Origin: Gemmatimonadota bacterium
Lineage (GTDB): Bacteria; Gemmatimonadota; Gemmatimonadetes; Palauibacterales; Palauibacteraceae
Assembly (NCBI GenBank): GCA_963666735.1
Contig: OY762926.1
Location: 480,001-544,000, forward strand
DNA length: 64,000 bases
Direction: 5' to 3'
The translations under genes were made by a program, and so were the position numbers. The notes beneath the pieces were generated by a model, which worked only from the letters and a program-made list of their open reading frames with translations, ran no database searches and had not been told where the DNA came from. How positions within the stretch are numbered: the stretch's first letter is position 1; each line of letters opens with the position of its first letter. Of the stretch, positions 59,012 to 64,000 are shown piece after piece.

Positions 59012-59044
59012 TCGCACCGTGATCGCACAGTGGGCGCACAGTGA
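59001..59044 (+). repeat. 11-bp tandem repeat TCGCACCGTGA, 4 degenerate copies
   Basis: TCGCACCGTGA TCGCACCGTGA TCGCACAGTGG GCGCACAGTGA; first copy includes the selD stop. Confidence 0.8.
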
Positions 59045-59140
59045 GCGCGGCGCGGTAGCGTGGCGATCCCGCGGCGATGCGGCGCCGGCTGCCGCGGCGT
59101 TGGTGCGGAGCGTCGCGGCGCGTACGTTTCAAGCTCCGCC

Positions 59141-59214
59141 GGGCCCGTAGCTCAGCCGGTTAGAGCAGGGGACTCATAATCCCAAGGTCGCAGGTTCGAA
59201 TCCTGCCGGGCCCA
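59141..59214 (+). tRNA. tRNA with CAU anticodon, most like tRNA-Ile2 (lysidine) rather than Met; CCA not encoded
   Basis: Acceptor GGGCCCG/CGGGCCC, D arm GCTC...GAGC, loop CTCATAA (CAT 59175-59177), GGTTCGAATCC T arm; paired 1-72 argues against fMet. Confidence 0.9.
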
Positions 59215-59280
59215 TCTTCGACAGCCTCAGCAGCCCCGAATCCCGACGCCTGCATCCACCACCAAGAGAAGGAGTCGTCC

Positions 59281-62200
59281 ATGCGGCCATGCCGGGTTCC
59301 GGCCTCCCGACGCGGGTCCACCCTCCTGTTCGCCGTGCTCGCACTGGGCTGCGCCGCCGCGGCGGACGCGGCCGCCCAGGCCCAGGCGACCACCGGCGTC
59401 ATCCGCGGGGTCGTCCGCGATCCCGTGGGAGTGCCCGTGGCCGGTGCCGCCGTGGTCATCGAGCACCGCGCGACCGGCTTCACGACGACCGTGGTGACGG
59501 GCTCGAACGGGGCCTTCGCGCGGACGCTCCTTCCACTGGGGATCTACGACGTCACCGCCCGGGCGCTGGGCCAGTTCGGCGACGAGCGGACCGAGGGGCT
59601 CGTGCTCCGCGTGGGAGAGATCCTCGATCTCGTGCTCGCGTTCAGGCCTGTCGCGGTGTCCGAGATCACCGTGACCGCGGACCGGACGCCGCTCGTCGAC
59701 ACCGAGGACCCGTCGAGTACCCATCGGCTCGCCGAGGAGGTCGTCGACAATCTGCCCAACAACGGCCGCAACTTCCTCGACTACACGCTCCTCACCCCGG
59801 GCGTGTCCGTGTCGCAGGGGCCCGACGGTGAGGTCCTCAACATCGGTGGACAGCGGGGGATCTTCAACAACGTCTCCGTCGACGGGGCCGACTTCAACAA
59901 CCCCTTCTTCGGCGAGCAACGGGGTGGCCAGCGTCCCGCCTTCACCTTCAACCAGGACGCGATCGAGGAACTCGTCGTCGTGAACCAGGGGGCGCCGGCG
60001 GAGTTCGGGCGCTCCGCCGGAGGCTTCGTGAACGTCATCACGAAGTCCGGCACGAACGAGTTCACCGGCTCCGCGCACTACTTCGGACAGTGGGACGCGA
60101 TCTCCACCGCCTACCCGAGCGAGCGCGGGGGCGGCAAGCCCGAGTTCGGGCGCGGCCAGTTCGGCTTCACCCTCGGCGGCCCCATCGCGCGCGACAAGGC
60201 GTTTTTCTTCGTCGCCTACGACCAGCAGGAAGCGAGCGAGACGAAACAGTTCGCGCGCAACGTCGTGAACCGCTCGGAACTGGCGAAGCTGGAGAACTTC
60301 CTGCAAACGCAGTGGCCCGGCCTGTTCGATGACGAGTTCGGCCCGATCCACCGCACCGACGACAACCGGGCGCTCGTCGCGACGCTCGACTTCAATCTCA
60401 GCGACCGCCACCAGGCATCCTTCAAGTACAACTACACCTGGTCCCAGCAGGCGAACGGGACGTTCGACGTGGATTCCTGGGGGCTCAGCGCCAACGGCCT
60501 CGAGGAGGACTTCTCCCACGCGATCAACGCGAGCCTCCGGTCGCAGCTCTCCAACACCATCTCCAACGAGTTTCGCGTCCAGTACGCGCGCGAGGACCGG
60601 CCCCGGGGATACGACGGACCCCTGATTCCGGGCTCCGCCCCGCCGCCGCAGCCGGCCTTCGGCGCGATCGGCGGCCGCCCCTTCCCGGACATCGCGATGG
60701 ACTTCGCGGACGGGTTCCGCATCGGGATGCCCTTCTTCCTCCCCATCGACCCGGGCTACGACCACCGGATCCAGCTCGTCGACAACCTCTCCTTCCTGGC
60801 GGGGGACCACCTGCTCAAGGTCGGGGCGGAGTACAATCGGACAGGGGCCGGCCAGCAGTTCATCGGGTTCGCGAACGGCCTCTACAAGTTCTCCTCCGTC
60901 GACGGATTCATGAACTTCGTCACGCAGGGGAACCGATACGTCACCTGCTCCGACGGTTCCGACAGCACGGAAGGCGTCTGTCCGCCGGGAACCGCGATCA
61001 CCGGACCCGTGCTGCTCTACCTGCAGGCCCTCGCACTGGGGAATACGCCCGCCGATCAGCTGGGACTGCAGGACTTCTCGATGCACGAACTCGGACTCTT
61101 CATCCAGGATACGTGGCGTCCGCGCGACAACCTGACGCTGAACCTCGGCGTGCGCTGGGAAGGGTCGTGGCACCCCGGGATGTTCATCGATCCGGCGGAC
61201 ACCTTCTACGGACCGTGGATCGGGACGCCGGGCTTTCCATCGGACGGGACGATTCCGGACGACCTCGACAACTTCCAGCCGCGCCTCGGGCTCGCGTGGG
61301 ATCCGGGGGATGATGGGCGCACGCTCGTCCGCCTGAACGCGGGCTCCTACTTCTCGCGCATTCCGATGCTCGTGTTCGCGCAGCACCGCACGACGAACGG
61401 CGCCTTCCAGGGGACGCAGTTCGCGGCCAGCGACGCGACCTTCCTTCCGCCGCCGCCGCAGATCGGCGAATTCCTGACGCCGCCCCCGCCGGGGACACCC
61501 CCCTTCCAGCCCGGCGTCAACATTGCGGACCGCAACCTCGAACTGCCGCGGACCTGGTCCTTCAACGTCGCAGTCGAGCGGGCGCTGAGCGAGAACACGG
61601 CTGTGACGGTTTCGCTGCAGCACGCCCGCACGGACAACCTGTTCCGCTTCGTCGACCGCAACGCGGCGGAACTCGGCGCGCCCTTCGCGGAGGGAGCGAA
61701 CGGACTGGGGACGGTCACCGTGACCGAGAGCAGCGCGCGCTCCCGTTACAACGCCATCACGCTGGGACTGCACGGGGACGCCGCGCTCGACGGGAGGCTG
61801 AGTTTCGAAGCGAACTACACGCTGGGGTTCGACCGGTCCGATGATGATAACGAACGCGATCCCTTCAACTTCTTCTACGCGACCGCAACCGATTTCGAGC
61901 CGGAGTACCACTGGTCGATCCGGGACCGAAGGCACCAGATGACCGGGTTCCTGCTCTTCAACCTGGGTCGCGGAGTCCTCCTCAACCACGTCTTCAGGTA
62001 TCTTTCCGCCTCGCCGATGTCGGAGAGTTGCGGCCCGACCGAGGCGAACCCGCTGGCGGCCCCGGCGGGCCAGCGCGCCGGTGCCCCGGCGGACCGCGTG
62101 TGCGCCGATGGTTCCGTCCTCAGGCGCAACACGCTCCGGCGCGAGAACGACTTCTTCACGTGGGACCTGCGGCTCTCCAAGGCCTTCGACATCGGAGGCG

Positions 62201-62361
62201 GACGCACGCTCGAACCCATTCTGGAGGTCTTCAACCTGACGGGCGCCGACAACTTCCTCGACACCGCCCAGACCGGACTCCTGTTCAACTTCGACGGCGC
62301 CATCCGGAGCGGCCTCGGCGACACCCGCCGCGCCCAACTCGGCGTCCGCGTCCGCTTCTGA
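59281..62361 (+). CDS. TonB-dependent receptor with N-terminal carboxypeptidase-regulatory-like domain (Oar-like)
   Basis: AAGGAG SD; signal peptide; LPNNGRNF, AEFGRSAGG..NVITKSGTN, TLNLGVRWE, PRLGLAWD; C-terminal Phe. Confidence 0.92.
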   Translation: MRPCRVPASRRGSTLLFAVLALGCAAAADAAAQAQATTGVIRGVVRDPVGVPVAGAAVVIEHRATGFTTTVVTGSNGAFARTLLPLGIYDVTARALGQFGDERTEGLVLRVGEILDLVLAFRPVAVSEITVTADRTPLVDTEDPSSTHRLAEEVVDNLPNNGRNFLDYTLLTPGVSVSQGPDGEVLNIGGQRGIFNNVSVDGADFNNPFFGEQRGGQRPAFTFNQDAIEELVVVNQGAPAEFGRSAGGFVNVITKSGTNEFTGSAHYFGQWDAISTAYPSERGGGKPEFGRGQFGFTLGGPIARDKAFFFVAYDQQEASETKQFARNVVNRSELAKLENFLQTQWPGLFDDEFGPIHRTDDNRALVATLDFNLSDRHQASFKYNYTWSQQANGTFDVDSWGLSANGLEEDFSHAINASLRSQLSNTISNEFRVQYAREDRPRGYDGPLIPGSAPPPQPAFGAIGGRPFPDIAMDFADGFRIGMPFFLPIDPGYDHRIQLVDNLSFLAGDHLLKVGAEYNRTGAGQQFIGFANGLYKFSSVDGFMNFVTQGNRYVTCSDGSDSTEGVCPPGTAITGPVLLYLQALALGNTPADQLGLQDFSMHELGLFIQDTWRPRDNLTLNLGVRWEGSWHPGMFIDPADTFYGPWIGTPGFPSDGTIPDDLDNFQPRLGLAWDPGDDGRTLVRLNAGSYFSRIPMLVFAQHRTTNGAFQGTQFAASDATFLPPPPQIGEFLTPPPPGTPPFQPGVNIADRNLELPRTWSFNVAVERALSENTAVTVSLQHARTDNLFRFVDRNAAELGAPFAEGANGLGTVTVTESSARSRYNAITLGLHGDAALDGRLSFEANYTLGFDRSDDDNERDPFNFFYATATDFEPEYHWSIRDRRHQMTGFLLFNLGRGVLLNHVFRYLSASPMSESCGPTEANPLAAPAGQRAGAPADRVCADGSVLRRNTLRRENDFFTWDLRLSKAFDIGGGRTLEPILEVFNLTGADNFLDTAQTGLLFNFDGAIRSGLGDTRRAQLGVRVRF

Positions 62362-62375
62362 CAGTGTGTCGCGGC

Positions 62376-62585
62376 AACGCGCCGATCCGGCGACGTCTCG
62401 GACCGGAGGCCGAAACCGAGTTCGTCGTCCTGGGCGAAGACGGCACCGTAGGGCTCAAGGTGGTCGACCCACCTTCCATGCGTGAGTTCGATGGCATCGT
62501 TGCGCGGGCCAGGGAAGACGCGCGCCGCGTCGGGCTCCGTCGCTCTTATATCGCCGCGGCAATCGAGGCCGTGCGATCGGCTTGA
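62376..62585 (+). pseudogene. 5'-truncated AbrB/MazE-type antitoxin relic
   Basis: IRRRLGPEAETEFVVLGEDGTVGLKVVDPPSMREFD...IAAAIEAVR; N-terminal strand and start codon missing; stop overlaps the PIN start. Confidence 0.6.
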
Positions 62586-62743
62586 GGATCGTTCCGGACA
62601 CGAATGCGTTCGTGTCCGGCGTGTTCTGCACAGGGCTAAGACTGCCGATTTGGCGGACCCTGAAGCGACTCCGGGCGGACTCCGTCCCGGCGGCAGTCTC
62701 CCCAACCCCGGTCCTGCAACGATGGCGGCCATCGCCCCGATGA
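62582..62743 (+). pseudogene. Truncated PIN-domain toxin relic
   Basis: TTG start (TTGA overlap) reads MRIVPDTNAFVSGVF, the PIN N-terminal 'xVxDTNxxxS' motif, then loses similarity and stops after 53 aa. Confidence 0.65.
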
Positions 62744-63024
62744 TCGAGCTCCCGACCATCATTCACCGCGCCCCGGGCCGTCGCCGCGCGGACCTCGACT
62801 TCGACCGGCTGTTCAACGGTTTGCTCGACCTCGATCGCGCAAACCGCTCCGTGGCGGCCGCGGATCTGTACGAGACCGAGGAGGGTTACGGCCTCGAACT
62901 CGAACTGCCCGGGTTCACGGAGGCCGAGATCGACGTCACCGTCGACCGCGGTGTGCTCACGGTCGAGCTGCCGAAGTCACCGGAGGCGAAGCCGCACCGC
63001 GTCGCCGTAGGCAGCGCGAATTAG
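62722..63024 (+). pseudogene. Hsp20/alpha-crystallin protein with internal deletion
   Basis: FDRLF...ADLYETEEGY.LELELPG...IDVTVDRGVLTV joined directly to ELPKSPEAKPHRV. Confidence 0.75.
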
Positions 63025-63071
63025 AAGCCTCCGCACGGTGCCCTCCATCGGGGCGCCACGGTGCGCGAAGA

Positions 63072-63100
63072 GGGCTGGGGACACCCCCGGCCCCTTCTTG
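63072..63100 (+). terminator. Possible intrinsic terminator after the Hsp20 relic
   Basis: 9-bp stem GGGCTGGGG/CCCCGGCCC, loop ACAC, weak pyrimidine tail CTTCTTG. Confidence 0.45.
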
Positions 63101-63288
63101 CTCCACCTCCTCCACGAAGACGCTGGGCGTCGGATCGGGCCACGTCCGCCGAAGCGCTCGAAAGTGGTCCACCAATCGGGCTTGCGACCCATGGGATGGA
63201 TTCGTAATTCAATCAACACCAGAAAGAGCTGACGGATTGGCAGCGGCTCGCTTCGCCGCTTCCGCCCCTCCAGCCGAAGGAGCGCCGC

Positions 63289-64000
63289 ATGAAACGCATC
63301 GGTTTTCGCACCATTGGAGCATGGGGAGTGGCCGCGGCCGCGCTCGCGTGCCTTGCACCGGGCCTGAGCGGCCAGAGCGCGGGCAGTATCGCGGGCCGAG
63401 TGATCGAAGAAGGCTCCCTCCGACCTCTATCGTCCGTGCAGGTGTTCATCGAAGGCTCGGGCATCGGCACCTTCACCAACGCGAGCGGAGACTTCGTGCT
63501 GCTCAACGTACCCGTCGGCGAGCAGACGGTCGTCGCCCGCCTGGTCGGTTACCGCGAGGCCTCCGAAACCGTGACGGTCGCGGCAGGGGAGACCCTGACG
63601 CTCGACGTGGCCCTCAACGTCACCGCGGTCCAAATGGACGAGATCGTCGTGACGGGGACCGGCGTCGCAACCGAGAAACGCAAGCTCGGCCACACGATCG
63701 CGACTCTGAACACCGCGGAACTCGAGAACGCGCCCATCTCCGACTTCAGCCAGCTCATCGCGGGCCGCGAACCCGGAGTGGTGGCGCTGCCCTCGTCGGG
63801 CTACACGGGCGAAGGCGCCCGCATCCGCATCCGCGGGTCGGCGTCGCTGTCGCAGCTGAACGAACCCATCGTCTTCGTTGACGGAATCCGCGTGGACCGC
63901 TCATCCGTGCAGAGCTTCAACGGGCAGGGCAGCCCCTCCCGCCTCGACGACATCCCGCCCGAGTCCATCGAGCGCGTCGAGATCGCGAAGGGCGCCGCGG
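63289..64000 (+). CDS. SusC/RagA-like TonB-dependent receptor (3'-partial; absent from ORF track because it has no stop in the window)
   Basis: AAGGAG then ATG; MKRIGFRT...signal peptide; DEIVVTGT, IRIRGSASLS, PIVFVDGIR, IERVEI.KG. Confidence 0.9.
   Translation, partial: MKRIGFRTIGAWGVAAAALACLAPGLSGQSAGSIAGRVIEEGSLRPLSSVQVFIEGSGIGTFTNASGDFVLLNVPVGEQTVVARLVGYREASETVTVAAGETLTLDVALNVTAVQMDEIVVTGTGVATEKRKLGHTIATLNTAELENAPISDFSQLIAGREPGVVALPSSGYTGEGARIRIRGSASLSQLNEPIVFVDGIRVDRSSVQSFNGQGSPSRLDDIPPESIERVEIAKGAA

Noticed and set aside
51493..59044. Short tandem repeats at 51493 and 59001 as CRISPR arrays
   Set aside because: Units are 11-12 bp, contiguous, without unique spacers; no cas genes
59141..59214. 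tRNA next to selD as tRNA-Sec (selC)
   Set aside because: Anticodon is CAU, not UCA; 74 nt with a short variable loop
63182..63210. Possible sigma70 promoter TTGCGA...TAATTC for the last TonB-dependent receptor
   Set aside because: -10 element lacks the conserved final T at 17-nt spacing; too weak to call

Overview
High-GC bacterial chromosomal window, densely coding and mostly housekeeping or metabolic. Gene content suggests Gemmatimonadota (inference only). It contains 2-oxoacid:ferredoxin oxidoreductase, pgi, fhs, hemE/hemH/hemY, ctaA, gltX, tadA, pyrRBC, rpsT, scpAB-rluB, a MoxR/Bat cluster, selD, a CAU-anticodon tRNA and two TonB-dependent receptors. Main signals the ORF track misses: (1) an ECF sigma factor translationally coupled to a protein fusing a zinc anti-sigma (ZAS) domain to an O6-alkylguanine-DNA alkyltransferase, a candidate Ada-independent alkylation-sensing switch; (2) two genes split by an in-frame UGA that are probably selenoproteins (an AhpD-like CxxU enzyme and SelD), both followed by a hairpin with the same GAGGAUCU apex; (3) an iodotyrosine-deiodinase-like gene ending a long catabolic run; (4) a decaying cassette of a Cys-rich secreted peptide plus tandem propeller-like lipoproteins; (5) an orphan basic protein with a duplicated domain behind a near-consensus sigma70 promoter; (6) a probable CUG start for pyrR; (7) several gene relics (toxin-antitoxin pair, Hsp20, AAA ATPase). 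No CRISPR array, rRNA, transposase or integrase was seen. All product calls come from motif recognition by eye, not from database searches.
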